A DNA stretch of 64,000 nt, taken from positions 1,216,001-1,280,000 of the forward strand of contig OZ219920.1 in the NCBI GenBank assembly GCA_964291415.2, in the 5' to 3' direction. This document shows positions 45,104 to 54,517 of the stretch, piece by piece (within the stretch, counting starts at the first letter, position 1; the number at the start of each line of letters is the position of its first letter). This stretch comes from Alphaproteobacteria bacterium (lineage in GTDB: Bacteria > Pseudomonadota > Alphaproteobacteria > SP197). A model generated the notes under the pieces. The model did no database searches. It was not told the DNA's origin and worked only from the letters and a program-made list of their open reading frames with translations. Position numbers and translations under genes: made by a program.

Positions 45104-45577
45104 CTAGGCCTGCGCTGCAGCGTCGGCCACGGCGGCCGAGGCGCGCATTCTGTCAAGACCGGTCCAGTTGGCATCGACATAGGTGATGGCTTCGGTGGGA
45201 CACGCCTTGGCGCACTCCGGATCGCCACCACACAGATCGCACTTGATCACCTTGCCGGTCGACTGGTTGTAGTTGATGGTGCCGAACGGGCACGCGATGG
45301 TGCATACCTTGCAACCGACACACAGCGCATCGCTGACCACCTTGGCGCCGGTATCCCGGTCAACCGAAATGGCGTTCGTCGGGCAGGCCTCGGCGCACCA
45401 GGCCTCGTCACACTGGGTACAGGTGTAGGGAACGAAACGTCCCTTCCCTTCGAAGTTGAAGACCTTGATCCTCGACTTGGAAGGGTTGAACACCCCTTCA
45501 TTGTCAAGCGAACAGGCCAGTTCGCACTGAAGGCAGCCTGTGCACTTGTTCGGGTCGATGGACAGAGATTTCTGCAT
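45104..45577 (-). CDS. aorA: 4Fe-4S polyferredoxin subunit of AOR
   Basis: Four Cys clusters (CTGCLQCELAC, CTQC..CAEACP, CVGCKVCTIACP, CDLC..CAKACP), ending 15 bp upstream of the AOR gene. Confidence 0.9.
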   Translation of the reverse strand: MQKSLSIDPNKCTGCLQCELACSLDNEGVFNPSKSRIKVFNFEGKGRFVPYTCTQCDEAWCAEACPTNAISVDRDTGAKVVSDALCVGCKVCTIACPFGTINYNQSTGKVIKCDLCGGDPECAKACPTEAITYVDANWTGLDRMRASAAVADAAAQA

Positions 45578-46188
45578 CAATAGAGCCTCCCTAGAGCCGA
45601 CACCACAACATCGAAGAACGGTAGCGCTCCGGCCAGGAAACTGCAAACACAATCATCGACTTGCAACTCGGAACCATTCCCAACTTCAGTCATGGATTCA
45701 AACGGTGTCAGCTTCGACGGCGTGTTCCTCCCGGAACCAGGGGACGTGTCTCGACAGCACTGCCTGTAACAACACCATCGGGCGACTGGCCATAGGCATG
45801 GAGTACGTCGAGAAGCGCCCTCGCGGTGTCGTGATCGGGTGACATCCTGGTCGCCAGCAGCGGCGGTTTGCCACGTTGCATCGCCACCGCATTGCAGGCG
45901 TCGGGACAATGAGTCAGGCACACGATCGGGTGAATGCGCTCCCTTTCTGCCGGCGAGGCGATGGCGCAGGCAATGTCGTGGAGCCGCTTTCCCGGCAGGT
46001 CGTCACCATCCGGCATGACGTCAAGCGCCCTCCAGCGACAGGTCACGCAGATGCGCAGACTCGCCGGCCGGACACCTCTGGATCCACGTTTGCGCATGGT
46101 GCCACTCTCCGGGTGACCCTCACCGGATGCGGTTTTGACACAATCCGCGGCGCTGCGATAGTTGAGGCATCAAAACGGGAGATCCGCC

Positions 46189-47685
46189 ATGAACAGGCGT
46201 GCGGTCGTCGCCATGATGGAACACGAAACCAACACCTTCTCGCCGGTGCCGACACCGCTTTCCCGTTTCGGCTCGCCTGACGTTCCGACGGGCTCGGAGG
46301 TTTATCGACGCTTCAAGGGAACCGGAACAGGAATTGGCGCCTTCCTCGATGTCGCCGATGAAGCTGGCATGGAGATCGTCACGCCGATCGCCGGCAACGC
46401 CGCTCCTTCAGGTGCGGTCGAGAGTCACGCCTATCAGGTGATGTGCGATGCCATCATGGAGGCCGTCAAGGCTGGCTGCGACGTCTGTTTCCTCGACCTC
46501 CACGGTGCCATGGTCACCGAAACGACCGACGACGGTGAAGGTGGTCTTCTGAAACGAATCCGTGATGTCGCGCCGGACCTTCCCATCGCCATCAGCCTCG
46601 ACCTTCACGCCAATATCACGCCTGACATCGTTGAAAACACGGACGTGATTGTCGGCTACAAGACCTACCCGCATCTCGACATGTACGAGGCCGGCTATCA
46701 TGCCGGACGCATCATGGTGGATGCCCTCGACAGGAAGGTGACACCGGTGATGGCATGGGGACAGCGCCCCATTCTCGCGCAGACCCTGCGCATGGGCCAT
46801 GACGACGAACCCATGGGGTCGATGATCGCCATGGCCCGCCAGGCGGAAGAGACCGGACTGCTGGCAGTGAGCGTCTTCGGCGGCTTTCCCCTGGCAGACT
46901 TCCACAATGCGGGCCTCTCCGTCGTGACGGTGGCCGATGGCGACCGCGGCGAAGCCCAGGAGGTTGCGGAACGCCTGCTCGGTGAAGCGTGGCGCCGCCG
47001 CGACGAATGGCTCTTCGAGGGCGAGACGCTGGAGCACGCGATAGCCCGTGCCGGACAGATGGAGGAAGGTCCGGTCATTCTCCTCGATCATGCCGACAAC
47101 GCCGCTTCCGGGGGAACACAGGATACGGTCGCCGTCTTGCGGGAGGTCATGCGCCAGGGACTTGAGAATGTCGCCATGTTCGGCATCTGCGACGAAGCGG
47201 CAATCGATGCGATGACAGCGGCCGGCGTCGGCAACGAGGTCACGATCGAGCTCGGCGGCAAGGTCGACATGCCCGAGATTGGCAGAAAGGGGGAGCCGCT
47301 CACCGTGACCGGGAAGGTCCGCTCCCTCACCGACGGCGATTTCACCGTCACGGTACCGATGGGCCGGGGAACGACGATGTCCATGGGACGATCCGGCGTC
47401 CTCCAGACCGGCAACGTCGAGATCGTCGTCGTATCGCGCCAGACCGAGCCCTATGACCCGGGATGCCTGCGCAGCGTCGGGATCGAACCCCTCCACAAGC
47501 GCTACATCATCCTCAAGTCGCGCATTCACTTCCGGGCGGGGTTCAGCGACATCGCCGCTGCTGAAGTTCCCTGCAATGGCGTCGGCGTGACGAGCAGCGA
47601 CAACAGCCTCTTCACCTTCCGCAAGGTGCGCCGTCCCATCTTTCCCCTCGACCCCGACTGCCCGGAACGGCCCAACTACGCCTGA
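46189..47685 (+). CDS. M81 family metallopeptidase (MlrC-like)
   Basis: HETNTFSP, LHGAM, LDLHAN, YPHLD, DNAASGG and KSRIHFRA. Confidence 0.9.
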   Translation: MNRRAVVAMMEHETNTFSPVPTPLSRFGSPDVPTGSEVYRRFKGTGTGIGAFLDVADEAGMEIVTPIAGNAAPSGAVESHAYQVMCDAIMEAVKAGCDVCFLDLHGAMVTETTDDGEGGLLKRIRDVAPDLPIAISLDLHANITPDIVENTDVIVGYKTYPHLDMYEAGYHAGRIMVDALDRKVTPVMAWGQRPILAQTLRMGHDDEPMGSMIAMARQAEETGLLAVSVFGGFPLADFHNAGLSVVTVADGDRGEAQEVAERLLGEAWRRRDEWLFEGETLEHAIARAGQMEEGPVILLDHADNAASGGTQDTVAVLREVMRQGLENVAMFGICDEAAIDAMTAAGVGNEVTIELGGKVDMPEIGRKGEPLTVTGKVRSLTDGDFTVTVPMGRGTTMSMGRSGVLQTGNVEIVVVSRQTEPYDPGCLRSVGIEPLHKRYIILKSRIHFRAGFSDIAAAEVPCNGVGVTSSDNSLFTFRKVRRPIFPLDPDCPERPNYA

Positions 47686-47748
47686 CCGGCAGCGCCGGGA
47701 AAGCGACTCCCTTGGGGAAGGCGTTGACACGAGTGGACAAGATGCGCT

Positions 47749-48072
47749 TCAGGGCCGTTCGAACATCCTACCGGGAACATCCCGTGCGCCGTGAAGGACG
47801 CGCCAAACATCTACTTCCGCCTCCCTCTCGATATAGAAGATCAGATACGGAAACCTCCCGACGGTCCGGAAGCGCAGGCCGGGAATGTCCAGCTCGTGAG
47901 CGTAACGCGGCGAGCCACTCTTCGGCCGCAAGCCGATCTCGCGGAGGACATCCTCGAGCGCATCAACGAAAGTGAGTGTGACTGCCGAACCCGCTTCGGT
48001 CAGATAGTGTTCGATTGCATCATTGATGTCATTCTGCGCCCGTTCGCGAAGAACAACGGGCTTTGCACTCAC
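47749..48072 (-). CDS. parE: RelE/ParE family toxin
   Basis: AQNDI..AIEHY, GSPRYA, RFPYLIFY and VWRVLHGARD. GTGA overlap with the antitoxin. Confidence 0.88.
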   Translation of the reverse strand: MSAKPVVLRERAQNDINDAIEHYLTEAGSAVTLTFVDALEDVLREIGLRPKSGSPRYAHELDIPGLRFRTVGRFPYLIFYIEREAEVDVWRVLHGARDVPGRMFERP

Positions 48073-48308
48073 CGTCGGCCGGATTCATGGACCCGGCCGC
48101 GAAGACTCTCAAAATAGTCTTCGTCAGCATGGACCGATGGCGGCGATACCGCTCCTTCGAGAAGCAGATCGCGCATTCGCTGGCGATCCTGGTCCGAGCG
48201 AATCAGTTCGCGAACGTACTCACTCGACGTGCTGTAGCCACGTTTAGCGACCTGATCTGCCACGAAGTCCCTGAGTGCTTGGGGCAACGATATGTTCATT
48301 GTGCTCAT
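48069..48308 (-). CDS. parD: ParD-like ribbon-helix-helix antitoxin
   Basis: MSTMNISLP..LRDFV..GYSTSSEYVRELIR. Confidence 0.9.
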   Translation of the reverse strand: MSTMNISLPQALRDFVADQVAKRGYSTSSEYVRELIRSDQDRQRMRDLLLEGAVSPPSVHADEDYFESLRGRVHESGRR

Positions 48309-48326
48309 GTCTCGACACTAACGACA

Positions 48327-48344
48327 TTGGCAAACTTTGGCAAA
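48327..48344 (-). promoter_or_regulatory. Putative ParD operator
   Basis: TTGGCAAA repeated at a 10-bp period (48327 and 48337), 18 bp upstream of parD. Confidence 0.5.
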
Positions 48345-48500
48345 AGTCTAAACGACCAGTGTGGTCATACCTACTCAACGCGGCCCCATGATCAGGAGGA
48401 ACGGCGTGTCCGAAAGGGCTTCCCCTGCCCTCTGTTCCGGCAGCCGCTCGTGCATGGGTCGTGCCACGCCCTGGTTTCTGCCGATTGGAAGCGTACAACA

Positions 48501-48566
48501 TGACAATCAGAAGTCATTGCACTGACAGTTAGAAGTCAGTGGAGTGACAATTGGGAATCGAGGCGC
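48501..48566. repeat. Three 22-bp tandem units carrying TGAC-N8-GTCA
   Basis: TGACAATCAGAAGTCATTGCAC / TGACAGTTAGAAGTCAGTGGAG / TGACAATTGGGAATCGAGGCGC. Confidence 0.6.
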
Positions 48567-48922
48567 CTGTCACACCTCAATCTGCGGTCTCTCAACGTCC
48601 ACGCGCAACCATCCCTTCTGGATGTGGCCTCCTTCCGGTAAGGCAGGCGGGTCCGGTTTCGGGTCCCGACTCCGTGAACCGTGCTCTTTCACGGATATTC
48701 AATGCATCAGGTGCGAGTTCAAGGGTGTCGGCACTCGGGGAATGCGGAAGAGGGCTCGCCGTATCGCTCGGCGCCGTGGAAATCCGGTCTCCGGATCCGA
48801 CGCGGAACCCGCCCGGAATCGCTCCGGCGGTTGCAGGTGGTGGTCGACGCCGCATCGGCGCCTCAGTCCACGGAATCGCCGCGTGGCTGAGGGGGGTCGC
48901 TTCGACTTGCGGGAACCGTGCC

Positions 48923-51288
48923 TCAGTGCAGGGCGTCGAGTGCGGTGACGACGTTTTCGGGTGTCATGGGCATGTCGACCCAGGTGCCGATGGCATTGTA
49001 GACGGCCTGGGCGATGGCCGGTCCGGATGCTGCCGCCGGTGCCTCCCCGGCGCTGCGAGCGCCGAAGGGGCCCACCGGGTCGTAGGACTCGCCGTATATC
49101 ACCTCGCCGCGCAGCGGGAAGTCAGCTGCCCGCAGGAGCTTGTAGTCGAGAAGGTTGGCATTGAGGATGCGGCCATCGTCGTCAAAGGACAGCGCCTCAT
49201 AGATGGCAAATCCGGCGCCGCAGATGGCGCCGCCGATCATCTGGTTCTTCATCACCTGGGGATTCATGATCGTGCCGCTGTCCTGGGTCGCCAGAAAGTC
49301 CAGCAACCTGATCTCGCCGGTCTCGATATCAACCTCGACATCCGCAAAGTGCGCCGCGAAGTGTCTGGCGAATGTGCTGGCCGGTGGCATGGGGCCCTGT
49401 GGCCTGCCGGTAATCGACGATGCCTGACCCAGCGCGTCGGTGCCACGGAAGTGATTGAGTGCCTCCTCAACCGTAATGCGGATGTTCCGCTTGTTTGGGT
49501 CCTTGGAGTAGATGACACCGTCGGCCACATCGAGCTCCTGGCGGGGTGAGTCGAAGAACTCCCTGCCGGCAATGTCCAGCAACTGGCGTTTGGCGTCATT
49601 GGCTGCGGCGCGTGTCGCCCAACCGACGCGGTACATGGTGTTGCTGGCCAGAGACCCGTGACTCCAGGGGCAGGAATCGGTATCGCCTGTCTCGATCTCC
49701 ACCTTGTCAAATGGAATGCCGAGTTCCTCCGCCGCCACCTGGGCCTGGGTTGTCTCGCTTCCCTGACCCTGCCGGCCGACAGCGCAGTGGACCTTGGCGC
49801 TTCCGTCCGGATTGATACGCACGACGGCCGAGACATTGCCCTCGAATTCGACACCGCAGACATGGGCCCCCGTGCCGACACCAACGGCCCTGCGTCGGGG
49901 CCCGTCCACGGCATAGGGCACTCCCCAGCCCTTCCACTTCGACGACCAGTCGAAGGCCTCGGCGCCCTTGCGCAGGATTTCGTCGGTGGAACCGCTCGAC
50001 AGATGAAAGAGCTTTGGCCATTCCTGACGTTGCTCCTCGGGAATGCCCTCGAGATACTGCTCGAGCGATCCCTTCATGTACTGCCGGCTGTGCTGCATGC
50101 GCAGGCGTTCGCCAGGCTTGATCTGATTCTTCAGACGGAACTCCACCGGGTCCATGCCGAGACGAATGGCACACATATCGGCCACCCTTTCCACGACCGA
50201 GCCCAGGGTGACATCGCCGACCGCACGCATGCAGCCTGCGGTCAGCAGATTCGTGTTGACGCCGTGAATGGCATAGTGCCCGTGTTCCGCGCGACCCCAG
50301 TTGTCGACACAAAAGAAGCCGACGTCATCCTTGAAGCCATAACCGCCGTTGTCGATGATGTGGTCGAACTCCGCCAGGGTCAGGGTGCCATCGTTGCGGC
50401 ATCCCATGCGGCCCCTGGAAACCTCTATGTGCCGGCGCTTCACCGTCGCCATGCACTCCTCGTTGGACAGCTCGATCTTGACAGGCTTGCGTACCTTGCG
50501 GGCAAGCAGAGCCGTGATGAGCATGAAGTTGGCGCTCCACCAGTTGCCAAAGGAACTACCTGACGGCAATGCGATGACACGGACCCGGCTGAGCGGAATT
50601 CCGAAGGCCTCGTGGATGCCGTCACGCAATTCCGAAGGTGTCTGGGACGAGGTCCACAGGGTCACGCGATCACCGTTCCATTCGGCGATACAGGCATTGC
50701 GGCCCAGCGGAGCCATTTGCTGACTGGCAAAGCGGATCTCGGTCTCGACGATGAAGTCCGCCTCGTCGGCTCCCTTCGCGACGTCGCCCCACTCGACGAC
50801 ATAAGGGTCACGAAGGTTGCCCTCCTCGCGTATCTGCGGGCCTCGGGCTGCATCGCCTCTTCCGGATCGAAGACCGCATCAAGAATCTCGTACTCGACAT
50901 CAATGAGCTCAAGCGCCGCTTCGGCAACGTCCTCGCTAACGGCAGCCACCGCCGCCATGTCGTCACCGTGAAAGCGGGCAATGCCGTCAAGAATCTTGCC
51001 GCGATAGTTGAACCAGGCGTTCTCCCAGACATTCTGGGGCGTGTCGTGATGGGTGACGACGCCGAGCACGCCGGGGAGTGCCTCGGCCCTTGTGGTGTCG
51101 ATGGAGACGATGCGCGCATGCGCATGGGGACTGCGCAGGATCTTGCCGTGCACCATGCCCTGGACTTCAAGATCGACAGCGTACTTCAGTGCGCCCGTGA
51201 CCTTTTCCCGGGCGTCCTTCACGGGAATGCCCTTGCCGGCGATCCTCCAGGCAGACCGGTGTCCCATTGATTCTGTCGTTGCTGCCAT
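48923..51288 (-). pseudogene. Xanthine dehydrogenase-family molybdopterin-binding subunit with an apparent 1-bp deletion near 50839 (pseudogene or assembly error)
   Basis: N-part KVTGALKY..ILRSPHAHARI, C-part MDPVEFR, QGQG, NQMIGG and GARSAGE. Adding one C to GAGGCCCGCAG restores EAPQIREEGNL...EWGDVAKG continuity. Confidence 0.87.
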
Positions 51289-51304
51289 CGTCCCTCTCCC
51301 CTCG

Positions 51305-51793
51305 TCAACCGGTGTCCGAACCCGGGTCCCCTTCCCTCAGTCGTGCCGCCGCATTCATGACGGACTTCACGATGTAGGGATAAGCCCCGCAGCGGCATAT
51401 GTTTCCGCTCATGGCCATGGCGGCCTCTTCCTCTGTTGGATCGGGATTCTCATCAAGGAAGGCCTTGGCGGCCACGATGAAGCCCGGTGTACAGAATGCA
51501 CACTGGAACCCCTGTTCCTCGATGAAGGCCTCCTGAATCGGATGGAGGTTGTCCTCGTTGCCAAGCCCCTCGATGGTCACAATCTCGCGTCCCTCGGCCT
51601 GCATGGCGAGGACAAGGCAGGATGTGACAGGTTCGCCATCCATGATCACCGTGCAGGATCCGCATTCCCCCTCGCTACACGACACACGCACTCCGTGAAG
51701 TCCAAGAGCGCGTCTCAGAAGATCGCAAAGGCGCTCGTGCGGTTTCGCATCAAGGTCGAATGTCCGGCCATTGACGGTCATGCGAATCATCAT
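51305..51793 (-). CDS. (2Fe-2S)-binding subunit (CoxS/XdhC-like)
   Basis: CSEGECGSCTV...SC, QCAFCTPG and NICRC. Confidence 0.93.
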   Translation of the reverse strand: MMIRMTVNGRTFDLDAKPHERLCDLLRRALGLHGVRVSCSEGECGSCTVIMDGEPVTSCLVLAMQAEGREIVTIEGLGNEDNLHPIQEAFIEEQGFQCAFCTPGFIVAAKAFLDENPDPTEEEAAMAMSGNICRCGAYPYIVKSVMNAAARLREGDPGSDTG

Positions 51794-52668
51794 TCGTCCC
51801 TTCCGAGTCGCTCCAGCGCATCGGCGAGCGCACGACGGACGAGGACCGGACACATCCGCGCGCGATAGCCGGCGCCGGCACGGACATCCGAAATCGGCCG
51901 TGCGACCGCCGCGGCATGACCGGCGGCTTCCTCGAGGTGTGTCGCGTCAATGTCATCCAGGGACCTGCCGGCAACAGCCTTCTCGCCTTCCTTTACGCGA
52001 ACCGGAACCGGCGCCACGGAACCCAGCGCAATGCGCGCGTCCGTGACGGTGCCGTCATCAGCGGTCAACGACACCGCCGCACTCACCAGGGCGATGTCGA
52101 CGACCGTGCGGGCAACCCTGCGATAGCTTGCTTCGCGCCGCGCCTGCGGCACCGGCACGACAATGGCGCACAACAGTTCTTCCGCCTTCAGGGCCGTCGT
52201 GTTCACGCCTGTGAGGAAATCCTCCATCGACACTTCCCGCCGACCGTTCGGGCCCTGGATCAGACAGCGGGACTCGAGCGCCACAAAGAGTGGCGAAAGA
52301 TCCGCTCCCGGCGAGGCGTTGCACATGTTGCCGCCGACCGTGGCCAGAGTGCGGGTCTGCTTCGTGCACATGAGCCGTGCGGTATCGCCAAGCGCTTTCA
52401 TGACCGGATGCATCGAGGCGGCATGGTCTAGGTCATCGAGGGTCGCCATCGCCCCGATCCTGATTTCACCTGGCACCGCTTCGATACTGTCGAGCCCGTT
52501 GAGGTGTGTCAGATCGATGCAATGGTCGATCGCCACCTCGCCTTGACGCCACTGCAGCATCAGGTCTGTACCGCCTGCCCAGTAGCGGGCGCGCTCGCCA
52601 TGACGGGATTTCATGGCAATCGCCGCATCGATGCTGTCGGGGCGCAGGTAGTCGAATTGTCGAATCAC
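51790..52668 (-). CDS. FAD-binding subunit (CoxM/XdhB-like)
   Basis: FDYLRP, AGGTDL, RIGAM, ATVGGNMCNASPGAD and PISDVRA. GTG start inferred. Confidence 0.92.
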   Translation of the reverse strand: MIRQFDYLRPDSIDAAIAMKSRHGERARYWAGGTDLMLQWRQGEVAIDHCIDLTHLNGLDSIEAVPGEIRIGAMATLDDLDHAASMHPVMKALGDTARLMCTKQTRTLATVGGNMCNASPGADLSPLFVALESRCLIQGPNGRREVSMEDFLTGVNTTALKAEELLCAIVVPVPQARREASYRRVARTVVDIALVSAAVSLTADDGTVTDARIALGSVAPVPVRVKEGEKAVAGRSLDDIDATHLEEAAGHAAAVARPISDVRAGAGYRARMCPVLVRRALADALERLGRDE

Positions 52669-52836
52669 CGGGCGTTTTCCGGAATTGGCTGCAGCAGGGC
52701 TATTTCCGCATATCGGTTCGTTCAGTTCAAGGCGTCGGCATGGCTTCTTGATCGGCACGTGTGACTGTTGATATCGTCACCGTTGCGGGGAGGATGCTTC
52801 CATGTGTTGTGCGCGCCCGGACGATCGGTTTCCGGC

Positions 52837-53688
52837 ATGATCAGGCTGCGAAGGCGCAATCGCGAGGATGTTGATCAGATCGCCCGACGCAGTGTGTCGC
52901 TCTTCGAACTGCGTACCGTACTCTCCGGCAGAACCACGCTCCTTCTGGGTCTCGCCGGAGCAACCGGATTCTTCGTCATCTGGGAAATTGGCCACTACCT
53001 CACCCCTGAAGAAAGTCAGAGATTCCTTCCGGCGCCCCAGGAAGTCCTGGGCGCCCTCATCACCCTTATCGTGGAAAAGGACTATATCGCTGACATTCTC
53101 AAGAGTTGCTTTCGCATCTTCGCCAGCTTCTTTGCGGCCTGTCTGATCGCTGTGCCGCTCGGCATCGCCATGGGTTGTTTCATGAGGCTGAGAGCGCTTC
53201 TCAATCCGACGATCTCCGCCTTCCGCTACCTGCCCGCTGCCTCCTTCATTCCCCTGCTCCTGGTGTGGTTCGGCCCGACGGACACACAGAAACTGGCCCT
53301 GCTGGTGCTGGGTGTCATCTTCTTCCTTGTGGCGCTCATCCTGGACAATACCAAGGCGGTGCAACCGGAACTGATCGAGGCGGCGCTGACCATGGGAGCC
53401 GGACGGCGCCAGGTGGTGACCGAGGTCGTGGTTCCGGCCGTGGCGCCCGCCGTGGTGGACTCCATGCGCAACATGATCGCCGTGGGCTGGACCTACCTCG
53501 TCATCGCCGAGATCGTCGCGGCGTCGGACGGCATCGGCGCCGTCATGATGCGCGCCGGGAGGTTTCTCAAGGTCGATATCATCATGGCGGGGATTCTCAC
53601 CATCGGTTTCCTCGGCGTGGCTACAGACCTCCTGTTCCGCCTTGCTGCGCGTTACGCCTTCCCATGGAACCGCGAACGCGGTGATTGA
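52837..53688 (+). CDS. NitT/TauT-family ABC transporter permease
   Basis: FLPAP, FRYLPAASFIPL, EAA motif LIEAALTMGA, and WTYLVIAE. Confidence 0.92.
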   Translation: MIRLRRRNREDVDQIARRSVSLFELRTVLSGRTTLLLGLAGATGFFVIWEIGHYLTPEESQRFLPAPQEVLGALITLIVEKDYIADILKSCFRIFASFFAACLIAVPLGIAMGCFMRLRALLNPTISAFRYLPAASFIPLLLVWFGPTDTQKLALLVLGVIFFLVALILDNTKAVQPELIEAALTMGAGRRQVVTEVVVPAVAPAVVDSMRNMIAVGWTYLVIAEIVAASDGIGAVMMRAGRFLKVDIIMAGILTIGFLGVATDLLFRLAARYAFPWNRERGD

Positions 53689-54488
53689 TCATGCCGATTG
53701 ATCAGGCGCCGGCACGTACGGCGATCACGGCCAGCAACGTTACGCGCCAGTATGTTGGCGGCACCTTCACCGCTGTCGACAACATCTCGATGGAACTGCG
53801 GGAAAACGAGATCGTCTGCTTCATCGGACCGTCGGGGTGCGGCAAGACGACCATGCTGCGCATGATCGCCGGGCTCGAGTACCCCTCGATGGGCGACCTC
53901 ACGATCTTCGGCAAACCCATCACTGGCCCCGGTCCCGACCGAGGCATGATCTTCCAGGCCTATACGTCGTTCCCGTGGCTGACAGCGCGCAAGAACATCG
54001 AATACGGCATGAAGATCATGGGATTGTCGCGGGATGAACGCAGCAGGCGGTCTGATGAGTTTCTCAAGCTGGTCCATCTCGACGGCTTCGGCGGTTCCTA
54101 CCCGGCGAGCCTCTCGGGAGGCATGAAGCAGCGTGTGGCGATTGCCCGCACCCTGGCGCAGAACCCGGGGGTGCTGTTGATGGACGAACCCTTCGGTGCC
54201 CTCGATGCCCAGGTACGCTGGGAAATGCAGGAAATGATGATCGAGATCATCGAACGCGAGAACACCACGGTCGTCACTGTCACCCACGACATTCAGGAAG
54301 CCATATATCTATCGGATCGCATTATCTTCTTCACCCGTTCACCCGGGCGCATCAAGGCCGACATTCCGGTGTCGTTCAAGGAGGGACGGCGTATCCCGCG
54401 CAAGGAGGAAATGCTGGCACTTCCAGGCTACGTCGACCTCGAACGACAGCTTTTTGCCATGATGCGCGAGGAGATTCAGCAGAGGTAA
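53685..54488 (+). CDS. NitT/TauT-family ABC transporter ATPase
   Basis: GPSGCGKTT, LSGGMKQR, LLMDEPFGALD and VTHD. Confidence 0.95.
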   Translation: MIMPIDQAPARTAITASNVTRQYVGGTFTAVDNISMELRENEIVCFIGPSGCGKTTMLRMIAGLEYPSMGDLTIFGKPITGPGPDRGMIFQAYTSFPWLTARKNIEYGMKIMGLSRDERSRRSDEFLKLVHLDGFGGSYPASLSGGMKQRVAIARTLAQNPGVLLMDEPFGALDAQVRWEMQEMMIEIIERENTTVVTVTHDIQEAIYLSDRIIFFTRSPGRIKADIPVSFKEGRRIPRKEEMLALPGYVDLERQLFAMMREEIQQR

Positions 54489-54517
54489 GAGAGATCAACC
54501 AAGGGAGGATATGTGTC

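Noticed and set aside
45661-45677. Sigma54-like TGG...TTGCA upstream of aorA
   Set aside because: The GG-to-GC spacing is 9 nt, not the strictly required 10.
48501-48566. Possible CRISPR array
   Set aside because: The units are contiguous 22-mers without spacers, degenerate, only three in number, and there are no cas genes.
52761-52780. GTGAC-N10-GTCAC inverted repeat in the divergent XDH/ABC promoter region
   Set aside because: The arms are only 5 bp. It is a plausible operator but not distinguishable from chance without comparative data.
52817-52828. CCGG-ACGA-TCGG hairpin before the ABC permease, suggesting a guanidine-II riboswitch
   Set aside because: Guanidine-II needs two ACGR-loop hairpins and only one was found. 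An Rfam scan would settle it.
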